Shown one piece after another: positions 47,264 to 56,896 of a stretch of 64,000 nucleotides of DNA (the stretch's first letter is position 1; each line of letters opens with the position of its first letter). The stretch spans positions 41,129 to 105,128 of the forward strand of contig CACJBO010000003.1 in the NCBI GenBank assembly GCA_902591665.1. The letters run 5' to 3'. Under the pieces are notes generated by a model. That model worked only from the letters and a program-made list of their open reading frames with translations, was not told the DNA's origin and made no database searches. The translations under genes and the position numbers were made by a program. This DNA is from an uncultured SAR86 cluster bacterium (lineage in GTDB: Bacteria; Pseudomonadota; Gammaproteobacteria; Magnimaribacterales; D2472).

Positions 47264-49252
47264 ATGAAAAACTATTTATTACCTGTTTTGTTGCTAATTT
47301 CTTTCTATGCATTTGAAACTAATGCAGAAAACAAGATACCTGTAGAACATTTTTGGTGTGAATCTGCTATGACTAGCGGCACTCTCTCCCCTAATGGAAG
47401 ATATTTTGCTGCGATGGTTCCAGCGTCTGGACCTAAATGTTCAATTGATCCTGATGCTGATGATGCTCAGTCTGCAAGAGTGCTATTAGTAAGGGATTTG
47501 CAAACAAATAAATCAGAAGTTTTAAGTGGAACATCTAGCAAAGCTAGAATCGTTTGGTTTACTTGGTTAAGTGATACGAGAATTGCATTTTATAGACAGC
47601 CGCAAGCTGGCTTAGATGCATACAGCATGTGGGCCATAAACGTTGATGGAACAAAACCAAAACTACTAGTAGCAGGAAAATGGGAAGATGGTCGTCCAAC
47701 TGGGGCTAACTTAATGGATATCCTATACGATGATGATAAGCATGTTTTAGTTTCATATAACAAAAGAAGGCCATCTGTTACCGATGTTTATAAATTAAAC
47801 ATTTTTACCGGAAAATTAACCATGGTTGCCAAAGACCCTGTTATTGATGGGCAAACTGCTTTAGGTTGGGCAGTTGACCAACAAGGAAATGTAAGAGGCT
47901 ATCAAGCTGTTAAAGGTTTATATACCTATCTTTATCATAGAAATGATGCTGATTCTGATTTTAAATTATTAAGAAAGTTTAAATTTCAAGATCCAAGTTT
48001 TACTATAAGTACGTACGACTATGATCCAAGATATGCATATATGAGAGGTCAGGCTGTGTCAAAAGATGGATCAGTAATAGATAATTCGGATACAGATGCG
48101 CTTTGGCTTTATGATACTTATAACGATGAATTTATTGAGAAAATTTTTGAACATCCAAGATATGATGTTGGCGGACTTGCTATTTCAGAGAAAACTGAAA
48201 AACCAGTATATATCTCTTATTATGGTGAAAAACCAGAGAGGGTTTGGTTAGACAAAGATTTAGAAAACGTCTATAAATCAATTGAAGCATCTTTTCCTAA
48301 TGATAAAGTTAGCATCGGTAGTTGGACAAAAAATGAAGATAAAGCGATTGTTACAACTTGGAGTGATAGGAATCCGGGTGAAATGTATTACTATGATAGA
48401 AACCGTGGCTCTATCTCATTAATTGCTAAATCAAGACCTTGGATAGATAAAAATGAAATGTCACCAATGGTTCCGATTGAATTCACTGCAAGAGATGGTT
48501 TAATTATAAGCGGCTATCTAACTGTTCCAGTAAATTCTGATGGTAAAAACCTTCCTTTAATTGTGAATCCTCATGGAGGCCCTAATGCAAGAGACTATTG
48601 GGGTTACAACAGAGAACATCAGTTTTTTGCTTCAAGAGGATATGCTGTTCTAAGTATGAACTTTAGAGGATCTACAGGTTATGGAAGAAAGCATGTTAAA
48701 TCTGCAAATAAAGAATGGGGAAGAAAAATGCAGGATGATGTTACTGATTCTGTTAAATGGGCTGTAAGTCAAGGGATTGCAAATCCAGATAAAGTTTGTA
48801 TTCATGGTGCAAGTTACGGTGGTTATGCAGTTATGGCAGGTATAACTAAAACACCAGATTTATATAAATGTGCTGTTAATTATGTTGGTGTTACTGATAT
48901 GAAACTGCTCTTTACTGAAAGACCTAAAGTATGGGAAATATGGGATGAGCAACAAAAAGTAGAAATTGGTGATTATGAAAATGAGAAAGAATATTTAGAT
49001 GAAGTCTCACCAATAAACTTAGTAGATAGAATTAAAACTCCTCTGTATATAGTTCATGGAAAGCTAGATTGGAGAGTTGATATCAAACATGCTGAAGTTC
49101 TAAGAAAAGAGCTAAAGAAAGTTGGTAAAAAAGAAGGTGAGGATTATTTTTGGATGGTTAAAGGTGATGAAGGTCATGGATTTGTTAAACCTGAAAATAA
49201 TCTAGAGCTTTATTCAGAACTAGAAAAATTCTACGCTACTTATCTGAATTAA
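47264..49252 (+). CDS. secreted S9 family serine peptidase (prolyl oligopeptidase / DPP-like)
   Basis: 662 aa. N-terminal beta-propeller region and a C-terminal alpha/beta hydrolase with GASYGGY nucleophile elbow, plus later D and H (GDEGHGF). Confidence 0.9.
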   Translation: MKNYLLPVLLLISFYAFETNAENKIPVEHFWCESAMTSGTLSPNGRYFAAMVPASGPKCSIDPDADDAQSARVLLVRDLQTNKSEVLSGTSSKARIVWFTWLSDTRIAFYRQPQAGLDAYSMWAINVDGTKPKLLVAGKWEDGRPTGANLMDILYDDDKHVLVSYNKRRPSVTDVYKLNIFTGKLTMVAKDPVIDGQTALGWAVDQQGNVRGYQAVKGLYTYLYHRNDADSDFKLLRKFKFQDPSFTISTYDYDPRYAYMRGQAVSKDGSVIDNSDTDALWLYDTYNDEFIEKIFEHPRYDVGGLAISEKTEKPVYISYYGEKPERVWLDKDLENVYKSIEASFPNDKVSIGSWTKNEDKAIVTTWSDRNPGEMYYYDRNRGSISLIAKSRPWIDKNEMSPMVPIEFTARDGLIISGYLTVPVNSDGKNLPLIVNPHGGPNARDYWGYNREHQFFASRGYAVLSMNFRGSTGYGRKHVKSANKEWGRKMQDDVTDSVKWAVSQGIANPDKVCIHGASYGGYAVMAGITKTPDLYKCAVNYVGVTDMKLLFTERPKVWEIWDEQQKVEIGDYENEKEYLDEVSPINLVDRIKTPLYIVHGKLDWRVDIKHAEVLRKELKKVGKKEGEDYFWMVKGDEGHGFVKPENNLELYSELEKFYATYLN

Positions 49253-50410
49253 CTAAAAAGAACTTAACCCAGTTAGGTTCTGACCAAGAATTAAGCTGTG
49301 AATATCTGAAGTACCTTCATAGGTATTCACAGCCTCTAAGTTCATTACGTGCCTCATAACATGGTACTCATCACTGATTCCATTTCCGCCATGTATATCT
49401 CTTGCTTCTCTAGCAATATCTAAGGCTTTTTGACAATTATTTCTTTTTAATAACGAAATCATTTCTGGTTTAAATTTATTCTCATCAATTAACCTGCCAA
49501 GCCTTAAAACTGAATGAAGACCTAAAGTAATTTCTGTATGCATGTTAGCTAATTTTTTTTGAATAAGCTGTTTTCCTGCTAATGCTTCTTTAAATTGCAC
49601 CCTTTCTTTTGTGTATTCAACAGATGCATTTAAACAAAACTCTGCAGCACCTAAAGACCCCCATGCAATTCCGTATCTAGCCATATTAAGACATGAAAAC
49701 GGACCTTTAAAACTTTGAACTTGAGGTAGTATTTTATTTTCATCTACAAAAACCTCATCCATAAAAATCTGACCTGTAACCGAAGCTCTTAATGAGAATT
49801 TACCTTCCAGCTTGGGAGTTGTTAAACCTTTACAGTCTCTATCAACAATGAAACCCCTTAATATACCCTCTTCATCTTTTGCCCAAATTATTAAAACATC
49901 TGCTATTGGTGAATTAGTTATCCAGGTCTTTGAACCATTTAGAATAAAACCACCTTCAACTTGTTTAGCATTTGTTTTCATTGAAGCAGGATCTGAACCA
50001 GCATCAGGTTCAGTCAGGCCAAAACACCCAATCAAAGAACCTGAGGCCATTTTTGGTAAATAGTTTTCTTTTTGTTCTTCTGATCCAAATTTATGGATGG
50101 CATGCATAGCTAATGATGTTTGAACACTATATGCAGATCTATAACTTGAATCAACACGCTCAATCTCACGAGCGATCAGGCCGTATGAAACATAATTAAC
50201 TCCTGCACAACCATAACCGTCTATTGGCGCTCCCAAGAAACCAAGCTCACCCATCTCTTTATATATTTCTCTATCAAAAACTTCATTTCTGTTTGCTTCT
50301 AATATTCTAGGCATAAGATGATTTTGACAATAATCCCTAGCAGTCTGTTGAATGCTTAATTCTTCTTCAGTTAGAAGATCGTCTAGGAGTAAGATGTCGT
50401 ATGTATTCAT
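49253..50410 (-). CDS. gcdH: glutaryl-CoA dehydrogenase-like acyl-CoA dehydrogenase
   Basis: 385 aa. CFGLTEP.AGSDP, TWITNSP, and a C-terminal YEGT.DIH block. The N-terminal LLDD.LT.EE pattern is typical of GCDH. Confidence 0.8.
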   Translation of the reverse strand: MNTYDILLLDDLLTEEELSIQQTARDYCQNHLMPRILEANRNEVFDREIYKEMGELGFLGAPIDGYGCAGVNYVSYGLIAREIERVDSSYRSAYSVQTSLAMHAIHKFGSEEQKENYLPKMASGSLIGCFGLTEPDAGSDPASMKTNAKQVEGGFILNGSKTWITNSPIADVLIIWAKDEEGILRGFIVDRDCKGLTTPKLEGKFSLRASVTGQIFMDEVFVDENKILPQVQSFKGPFSCLNMARYGIAWGSLGAAEFCLNASVEYTKERVQFKEALAGKQLIQKKLANMHTEITLGLHSVLRLGRLIDENKFKPEMISLLKRNNCQKALDIAREARDIHGGNGISDEYHVMRHVMNLEAVNTYEGTSDIHSLILGQNLTGLSSF

Positions 50411-50412
50411 TG

Positions 50413-50646
50413 TTATATTCCTTCCACTCTAATAATACCAAATCTTGGTGAAGAGTATTTGATTGTATTTTTCTCCAATTCTTCAGTAACAATCTTAATC
50501 ATTTGATTGCTATTTCCACAAATAATGATTAGAGGTATTTCTTTTTGGTATTGTAGAACAAAGTCTAAGATCATAAGAGTAACATCGAAGTGTCTTTCGC
50601 CATGAAGATCTAGATGCGTAATACCCCTTTCTTGAAAAACATTCAT
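50413..50646 (-). CDS. small Smr-domain-like protein
   Basis: 77 aa. LDLHG..H...... and IICG.S pattern resembles a minimal Smr domain. Confidence 0.45.
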   Translation of the reverse strand: MNVFQERGITHLDLHGERHFDVTLMILDFVLQYQKEIPLIIICGNSNQMIKIVTEELEKNTIKYSSPRFGIIRVEGI

Positions 50647-50683
50647 GAACTATTATTACCTACTTGTTATTTAAATTAAAATT

Positions 50684-51265
50684 ATGGCTAAACTTCATTT
50701 TTTTTACTCAACAATGAACGCAGGAAAATCAACTTCTCTGCTTCAGTCTAATCATAATTACAAAGAGAATGGTTTAGATACAATGATTTTTCTTCCTAAT
50801 GAAACAAGTAAATTATCAAATGGTCAAATTGTTTCGAGAATTGGTCTAAAAGCCAAAGCGGTAATAGCTAACAAAGATTTTAATTTTATTAAGTATATAA
50901 AAGATAACAAATCAGAGAATCTAAGTTGTATTCTAATAGACGAAGCTCAGTTTTTAACTAAAGAACAAGTAAGACAGTTAGGACAAGTTGCTGACAGGCT
51001 AAACTATCCAGTAATGTGCTATGGCATTAGAACTGATTTTAGAGGTGAGTTATTTGAAGGTAGCGCAGAATTATTAACATTAGCAGATAATTTAATTGAA
51101 TTAAAAACTATATGCTCTTTATGCAGCAGAAAAGCAACCATGGTTGTTAGAAAAGATGATTCAGGCAAAGTAGTAACTGAAGGTTCTAAGGTAGTAGTTG
51201 GAGGAAATGATATTTATATGCCCGTTTGCAGAAAACATTATAGAAAATTAACTAAATTAATTTAG
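50684..51265 (+). CDS. tdk: thymidine kinase
   Basis: 193 aa. P-loop STMNAGKST, IDEAQF, and zinc-ribbon cysteines (CSLCSRKA...PVCRKHY). Confidence 0.95.
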   Translation: MAKLHFFYSTMNAGKSTSLLQSNHNYKENGLDTMIFLPNETSKLSNGQIVSRIGLKAKAVIANKDFNFIKYIKDNKSENLSCILIDEAQFLTKEQVRQLGQVADRLNYPVMCYGIRTDFRGELFEGSAELLTLADNLIELKTICSLCSRKATMVVRKDDSGKVVTEGSKVVVGGNDIYMPVCRKHYRKLTKLI

Positions 51266-51274
51266 ATTAAAGAT

Positions 51275-52057
51275 TTAAATATTTATTTCGCCTTTTAAAT
51301 ACTCTACTGCCTTCCCACCAATGAGCACTCTATCGCCTTTATCCTCGCAAAATAACACCCCACCTCTCTCAGATAATTGCTGAGCAATTAACGAGGTTTT
51401 GTTGAGTCTTTCTGACCAATACGGAATTAATGAAGTATGAGCTGATCCCGTAACAGGATCTTCATTTACTCCTGCAGATGGTGCAAAAAATCTTGAAACA
51501 AAGTCACAATTTTTCCCTCTTGCAGAAACAATAAGACCTCTAGCACTCAGATTATTTAATAACTGTAAATTGATATTAAGATCCTTAATGTCATTTTCAG
51601 ATTCTACTATTGCTAAAACATCATCTCTTCCCTTGTAGAGATCAATTAGTTTTATATTTATTATTTCCTCAATAAATTTATTATCGTTATATTTATTAAT
51701 TGAATCTTTAGGGAAATCTAATACCAATAAATCATCTTTTTTAGTAACTTTTAAAACTCCATTTTTTAAAGATTGGACTTCAAACTGAGAACTTTCTTGG
51801 TTTATGTATTTAAAGTAAATAAATGCAGAAGCAAGAGTTGCATGACCGCATAAGTCTATCTCACAAAGAGGAGCAAACCATCTAATCTGATAATGCCCAT
51901 TAACCTTTTTTATAAATGCTGTTTCTGAAAGATTATTTTCTGCAGCAATTTTCTGCATTAATTTTTCGTCATCAATATCTGAGAATATTACTGCAGCAGG
52001 GTTCCCTGAAAATAGCTCATCAGTAAAAGCATCTACATAATATATGGGAATGCTCAT
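51275..52057 (-). CDS. PhzF family isomerase-like protein
   Basis: 260 aa. VDAFT...F.GNPAAV, LSETAF, CGHATLA and TGSAH blocks. Confidence 0.85.
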   Translation of the reverse strand: MSIPIYYVDAFTDELFSGNPAAVIFSDIDDEKLMQKIAAENNLSETAFIKKVNGHYQIRWFAPLCEIDLCGHATLASAFIYFKYINQESSQFEVQSLKNGVLKVTKKDDLLVLDFPKDSINKYNDNKFIEEIINIKLIDLYKGRDDVLAIVESENDIKDLNINLQLLNNLSARGLIVSARGKNCDFVSRFFAPSAGVNEDPVTGSAHTSLIPYWSERLNKTSLIAQQLSERGGVLFCEDKGDRVLIGGKAVEYLKGEINI

Positions 52058-52060
52058 AAC

Positions 52061-53149
52061 TTATGCTGATAGGGCTTCTTTTACTCCTTCGTGTACAACT
52101 TCTGAGTTTTTTATATTTAAACCATTTGCTAAATGTTCATTTTCATTTAAGGCTTTTTCAATACCTTTATTAGCAAGCTCTAAAATATAAGGCAATGTTG
52201 CTTTATTTAGTGCTTGAGTTGCAGTCAAAGGAACAGCTCCTGGCATATTGGTGACACAGTAATGAATAATTCCATTCTTTTCATATGTTGGATTGTCATG
52301 AGTCGTTGGCTTACTAGATTCAAAACACCCGCCTTGGTCAATTGAAATATCGACCATAACAGCACCAGGTTTCATGTTTTCAAGCATAGAGTTTTTAATA
52401 ACTTTTGGTGCTTGTTTACCAATCACATATACAGCACCAATTACTAAGTCGGATTCTGTTATGGCTTCTTCAATTGAAGATTCGCTTGATAAAATATATT
52501 CAACATTTTTATCTCCATAAACTGAACGAAGCTCGTCCAATCTTTTTTGAGATAAATCAATAATTTTTAGACGGGCTTTATTTTTGACTGCTTTTTCAAT
52601 AGCCATAGTTCCTGCTACTCCAGCTCCTATAACTGTAACTACTCTTCGCTCAACATCGTCCAATGCGCCTATCAAAGTTCCCATTCCTTTATTTGGTTTA
52701 AGTAAATGGTAAGACCCTACAACAATACTTAATTGACCAGCAATTGAACTCATTGGAGAAAGTAACGGCATGCTCCCATCATCAGCTGTAACTGTTTCAA
52801 GTGCAATTCCAGTAATGCCAGTAGATGCTAACTCCAGCCCAGTTTTTGGATCTCCAGCTAAATGTAAATATGCAAAAACAGTATGCTTATCATTTAAATA
52901 AGCAAACTCTTCAGGTACCGGTTCTTTTACCTTTACTATCAACTCAGAATTTTTATAGAGCTCTTCAGCGGTTTCAATGATGGTTGCACCAACTTTTTCG
53001 TATTGTTCATTGCTAAAACCTATTTCAGTGCCAGCATTTTTTTGAATAAATACTTCATGGTTATTTTTAATAATTTCGCTTACTGATTCAGGTGTAAGCC
53101 CAACTCTGTACTCGTTGTTTTTGATTTCTTTAGGTACGCCTATTTTCAT
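52061..53149 (-). CDS. ald: alanine dehydrogenase
   Basis: MKIGVPKEIKNNEYRVGLTP N-terminus, VIGAGVAG Rossmann motif, DISIDQGG. The longest ORF starts 5 codons earlier, at 53164. Confidence 0.9.
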   Translation of the reverse strand: MKIGVPKEIKNNEYRVGLTPESVSEIIKNNHEVFIQKNAGTEIGFSNEQYEKVGATIIETAEELYKNSELIVKVKEPVPEEFAYLNDKHTVFAYLHLAGDPKTGLELASTGITGIALETVTADDGSMPLLSPMSSIAGQLSIVVGSYHLLKPNKGMGTLIGALDDVERRVVTVIGAGVAGTMAIEKAVKNKARLKIIDLSQKRLDELRSVYGDKNVEYILSSESSIEEAITESDLVIGAVYVIGKQAPKVIKNSMLENMKPGAVMVDISIDQGGCFESSKPTTHDNPTYEKNGIIHYCVTNMPGAVPLTATQALNKATLPYILELANKGIEKALNENEHLANGLNIKNSEVVHEGVKEALSA

Positions 53150-53202
53150 GTAAAAATTATACACTTTTATTATAGGAAAAAAGAGATTTTTAAGATGGTG
53201 AT

Positions 53203-53982
53203 TTAGAGCTCTAAACTATAAAAATCTTCAACAGTTTTATGAGCTACTTCTTGAAGAAATACTTTATCGCTATCACTAATTTTACCATAGTAGTTATAGT
53301 CTATTTCTAATGGAGATTGTTGCGTGATGCTTGCAAAAACTACACAAGCAGCTAAATAAGTTCCTAATAAGCTTGGATGACTTCCATCAAATGGTTTATG
53401 CAAGGTAATTCCTGGTTTTGCTTTATACGCATTTTCAAATGCGATACCAACTGGAATAACTAAAGCATTGTTTTTGTTGCCTGCATCGATATACATTTTT
53501 TTTATATCTTCGATCATTTTGGGATTTGTATTCTTATGTGGTTCTACATATGCATGAATCATATATAACGCTGCTTCTGCGCCTGATTTATGGATGGTAT
53601 TAATCACATCTTTGGCGGTATCAGCAAAGATCTTTCTTTCAGAAGCAGTATCAGTTTCCCCGCTACCTCCTTGAAAAATAACAAGTTGAAAAGGTTTTTC
53701 AGCTCCTAGATTTTTATACTCAATAGGATAATCAATATTGTGATGCCATGACCTTGAACCACTTATTGTTACTAGCTTGTAGTTACTGGTATCGATTTCA
53801 TTTGCGTAGAACTCTTCAAGCATACGCCTGACATGATTATGCAGGCTATCATTGTAATAAAGATAGCTATTGCCTATATATAAAACTCTCTCAGGATTTT
53901 TATTTTTTAAACCAGTTACTTGAACTTCAGAAGAAAACAAAAAATTAGAAAAAATGAAAATAGATAGTAATATATATTTCAT
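53203..53982 (-). CDS. secreted SGNH/GDSL-like hydrolase-fold protein (DUF4886-like)
   Basis: 259 aa. Signal peptide, a block-I-like YIGNSY, and a C-terminal DGSHPS (the D..H of the SGNH block V). Confidence 0.5.
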   Translation of the reverse strand: MKYILLSIFIFSNFLFSSEVQVTGLKNKNPERVLYIGNSYLYYNDSLHNHVRRMLEEFYANEIDTSNYKLVTISGSRSWHHNIDYPIEYKNLGAEKPFQLVIFQGGSGETDTASERKIFADTAKDVINTIHKSGAEAALYMIHAYVEPHKNTNPKMIEDIKKMYIDAGNKNNALVIPVGIAFENAYKAKPGITLHKPFDGSHPSLLGTYLAACVVFASITQQSPLEIDYNYYGKISDSDKVFLQEVAHKTVEDFYSLEL

Positions 53983-54021
53983 AAAAAAATTTTAACTGAA
54001 AAAATAATATAGGTCATAACT

Positions 54022-55482
54022 ATTTTAAACACTCATAAAGATGTTATTGTCGTAGGAGCAGGCATATCAGGCATAGCAGCAGGATACAATCTAAAAAAAT
54101 CATGCCCTAACAAGTCCTTCATAATCCTTGAAGGTAGAGATAGTATTGGTGGAACATGGGATCTATTTAAATATCCCGGTATTAGATCAGATTCAGACAT
54201 GCATACCCTTGGTTATAGGTTTAAACCATGGATACACGATAAATCAATAGCCGATGGGCCTTCTATTCTTGAATACCTAAAAGAAACAATAACTGAAAAT
54301 AATTTGATGAAGGATATTCTTCTTAACCATAAGGTCAGCTCTGCAAATTGGAATTCAAAAAAATCACTATGGGAGCTAGAGATATATGAAGGGTCTCTTA
54401 ATAAAAAAATGACATGTAATTTTCTATTTTTATGTGGGGGATATTACAGTTATACAAAGCCTCATATGCCCTACTTTAATAATCAAGAAAATTTTCAAGG
54501 TCAAATAATTCATCCTCAATTTTGGAATGATTCAATAGAATATAAAAATAAAAAAATAGCTGTCATTGGCAGCGGGGCTACTGCAGTAACGATTGTTCCA
54601 GAAATTGCTAAGGAAGCTGAGCATGTAGCAATGATACAAAGATCGCCAACATATGTTGTATCAAGACCAAGCGAAGATATCATAAATAAATTTTTAAGAA
54701 AATTTCTTCCAGTAAAGCTTACCTATTTTTTAATAAGATGGAAAAACATTTTATTTCAGAGCTGGACATTTTTTATTGCAAAAAAATATCCTGAGGCTAC
54801 TAAAAATAGAATTTTGGATATGGTCAGAGATGAGTTGGGAGAGGGTTATGATGTTGAACAACACTTTACCCCATCTTACAAACCATGGGATCAAAGAATA
54901 TGTTTAGTCCCTGATAGTGACCTTTTTCAATCAATTAAGGATAAAAAATCATCTATAGTAACTGATACTATAAATGAGTTTCAATCTGATGGAATTCTTT
55001 TAAATTCAGGTACAAAAATTGAAGCAGATATTATTGTTACTGCTACGGGCATTGAATTAAATTCTCTTAATGGAATCGATGTTTCTATCGATGATATTAA
55101 AGTTATTCCTAATGAGAGATTAACTTACAAAGGAATGATGTTAAGTGGGGTTCCAAATTTTGCAATGTCCTTTGGTTATGTAAACGCTTCATGGACACTT
55201 CGTGCAGATCTTACATGTGAATATGTTTGTAGATTAATTAATCTAATGGATAAAAAAGGTGTAAGTTGTTGCGAGCCAATAGATGATAAAGATGCCCATG
55301 GAGACGATAAATTAATTGATTTCACATCTGGTTACTTCGAAAGAGGTTTGAGTCAAATGCCAAAGCAAGGTAATAAAGCGCCATGGAAAAATTATCAAAA
55401 TTATTTAAAGGATATATTTGCTGTCAGAGTATTTTCAATTAAAGATTCAAACCTAAGTTTTTATAACAGCAAGCAAAATTGA
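54022..55482 (+). CDS. type I Baeyer-Villiger (EthA-like) flavin monooxygenase; start codon non-canonical or unresolved
   Basis: BVMO fingerprint FQGQIIHPQFW (FxGxxxHxxxW) and a second Rossmann motif VIGSGATA. The FAD Rossmann motif DVIVVGAGISGIAAG and WDLFKYPGIRSDSD lie in frame upstream of the first ATG (54199). Between the in-frame TAG (54010) and 54199 only ATA (54016) and ATT (54022) are possible starts. Confidence 0.75.
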   Translation: MLNTHKDVIVVGAGISGIAAGYNLKKSCPNKSFIILEGRDSIGGTWDLFKYPGIRSDSDMHTLGYRFKPWIHDKSIADGPSILEYLKETITENNLMKDILLNHKVSSANWNSKKSLWELEIYEGSLNKKMTCNFLFLCGGYYSYTKPHMPYFNNQENFQGQIIHPQFWNDSIEYKNKKIAVIGSGATAVTIVPEIAKEAEHVAMIQRSPTYVVSRPSEDIINKFLRKFLPVKLTYFLIRWKNILFQSWTFFIAKKYPEATKNRILDMVRDELGEGYDVEQHFTPSYKPWDQRICLVPDSDLFQSIKDKKSSIVTDTINEFQSDGILLNSGTKIEADIIVTATGIELNSLNGIDVSIDDIKVIPNERLTYKGMMLSGVPNFAMSFGYVNASWTLRADLTCEYVCRLINLMDKKGVSCCEPIDDKDAHGDDKLIDFTSGYFERGLSQMPKQGNKAPWKNYQNYLKDIFAVRVFSIKDSNLSFYNSKQN

Positions 55483-55488
55483 TTAATT

Positions 55489-55564
<76 letters not shown>

Positions 55565-55629
55565 AATTTAGAAGTTGTTATTATAGATAATTAATAAAAT
55601 AGTTATAGTCTTAAGCTAAATTACAGGCG

Positions 55630-55850
55630 AAAAAAAACAGAGACTAGCTCTGTTTCTTTAAGTTCGAGATCCTTAGGGGTCCAAAGTGAGATTTTCTCTG
55701 GCTCCTTGAGTTCTTTCTCTTGAACTCTTGGTGGGTTACTAAGCTCTTTTTTATCGTCGACTCTTAGCAACGCTTTCACCCTATGGGCTCTTCCTTCTTG
55801 ACCTCTCTAACTCCCGTCTGCAGTTGATTGTTAGTCGGAATCAAGTTGGT
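55630..55850 (-). ncRNA. candidate ~220-nt structured sRNA (6S-like rod architecture; identity unconfirmed)
   Basis: This unit is more GC-rich than its flanks and has no credible ORF. It is bounded by a TTGACA promoter and a terminator (ACAGAG-CUAGU-CUCUGU followed by U8, 55630-55655). Internal helices include UUGAUU/AAUCAA, GUUAGAGA/UCUCGAAC, GGUC/GACC, a 9-bp GUUGCUAAG/CUUAGUAAC apical stem, and a GAGUUC/GAACUC side hairpin. Confidence 0.5.
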
Positions 55851-55856
55851 CTATTA

Positions 55857-55884
55857 AATATACGCCTATCAAAATTAATGTCAA
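55857..55884 (-). promoter_or_regulatory. sigma70-type promoter for the candidate sRNA
   Basis: On the minus strand a perfect -35 TTGACA lies at 55884-55879, followed by a 16-nt spacer and TATTTA (55862-57). The alternative is TTTAAT at an 18-nt spacing. Confidence 0.5.
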
Positions 55885-55918
55885 CACTTTATTTAAAAAA
55901 AATAATATATTTTTTTAT

Positions 55919-56887
55919 TTATTCTAAATTGATAATGCTGCCTGGTGCTACTGAAGAGAAATCGAGGTTTTTATATTTCATTATTTCTTTTTCAAGCCTT
56001 ATTTTTGGTTCAATAGTATCTTCGTCTGTTAAGGTAAACGTAGCCCAATGCATACCAAATGCTTTTTCAGCTCCAAGATCTAACATTATCTGAACCGCAT
56101 CTTCGGGGTTGACATGGCTTTCTGCCATAAACCATTCAGGATCATAGGCTCCAATAGGTATAAAAGCATATTTTGGAGACCCTAGTTTTATTTTGGTATC
56201 AATAAAATCTTTTGAGTAACCTGTATCACCAGCATGATATAGAGAATAATCTTTATGTTCGAAGAACCAACCACCCCATAGACTTTTATTTCTATCAAAT
56301 AATGATCTTTTGGACCAATGCTGAACAGGAGTAAAAGTAATTACGAAGCCTTTATGTTCAATTGACTCCCACCAATCAAAATCATATACATTTTTAATTT
56401 TTTTTCTTTTTAATAATTTTTTATCGCCAGCAGGAACTAAAAAAATTGCTTCAGGATGTTTTTTTGAGATTTTTTTTAAAGAATGAATATCTAAATGGTC
56501 ATAGTGATTGTGGCTTACGGTAACAATATCTATATTAGGTATTTCATCTAATGGTATAGCAGGTGGTATTAATCTTTTTGGACCAATATTTCTAAAAGGT
56601 GATGCTCTTTTGGAAAATATTGGATCAGTAAGAATAGTTACTCCGTTCTTCTTAATTAAAAAAGTAGAGTGTCCTATCCAAATAGCATAATTATCATCCT
56701 CAGATAAATTTAGCTTTTGCCAATCTGATGAAAGCTCAATTTTCGTAATCTCTGGTTCAACATCAGACCTAACCCACTTCAACATATCGCCAAATGTTTT
56801 GTCAGAGGCAACACCATTAGTGTTTTTATATTCTGCAAATAAAAAGCCAGAAGTTAATAACAAAAAAATGTATAAAAACGTACGCAT
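55919..56887 (-). CDS. secreted MBL-fold metallo-hydrolase (NAPE-PLD / Zn-hydrolase-like)
   Basis: 322 aa. Signal peptide and VSHNHYDHLD (HxHxDH). Confidence 0.8.
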   Translation of the reverse strand: MRTFLYIFLLLTSGFLFAEYKNTNGVASDKTFGDMLKWVRSDVEPEITKIELSSDWQKLNLSEDDNYAIWIGHSTFLIKKNGVTILTDPIFSKRASPFRNIGPKRLIPPAIPLDEIPNIDIVTVSHNHYDHLDIHSLKKISKKHPEAIFLVPAGDKKLLKRKKIKNVYDFDWWESIEHKGFVITFTPVQHWSKRSLFDRNKSLWGGWFFEHKDYSLYHAGDTGYSKDFIDTKIKLGSPKYAFIPIGAYDPEWFMAESHVNPEDAVQIMLDLGAEKAFGMHWATFTLTDEDTIEPKIRLEKEIMKYKNLDFSSVAPGSIINLE

Positions 56888-56896
56888 AATGATTAA

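Noticed and set aside
55630-55850. Candidate sRNA considered as SRP (4.5S) RNA, RNase P RNA, tmRNA or a CsrB/RsmY-type sponge.
   Set aside because: SRP: GAAGGAAGAGCC resembles GGAAGGAAGCAGCC, but there is no GNRA-capped helix 8 or matching 3' strand. RNase P: the AGGAAAGUCC core is absent and the RNA is far too short. tmRNA: there is no tRNA-like ends or tag ORF. Csr/Rsm: only about 5 GGA motifs in about 190 nt, near chance expectation, and not displayed in hairpin loops; this is kept only as a minor alternative.
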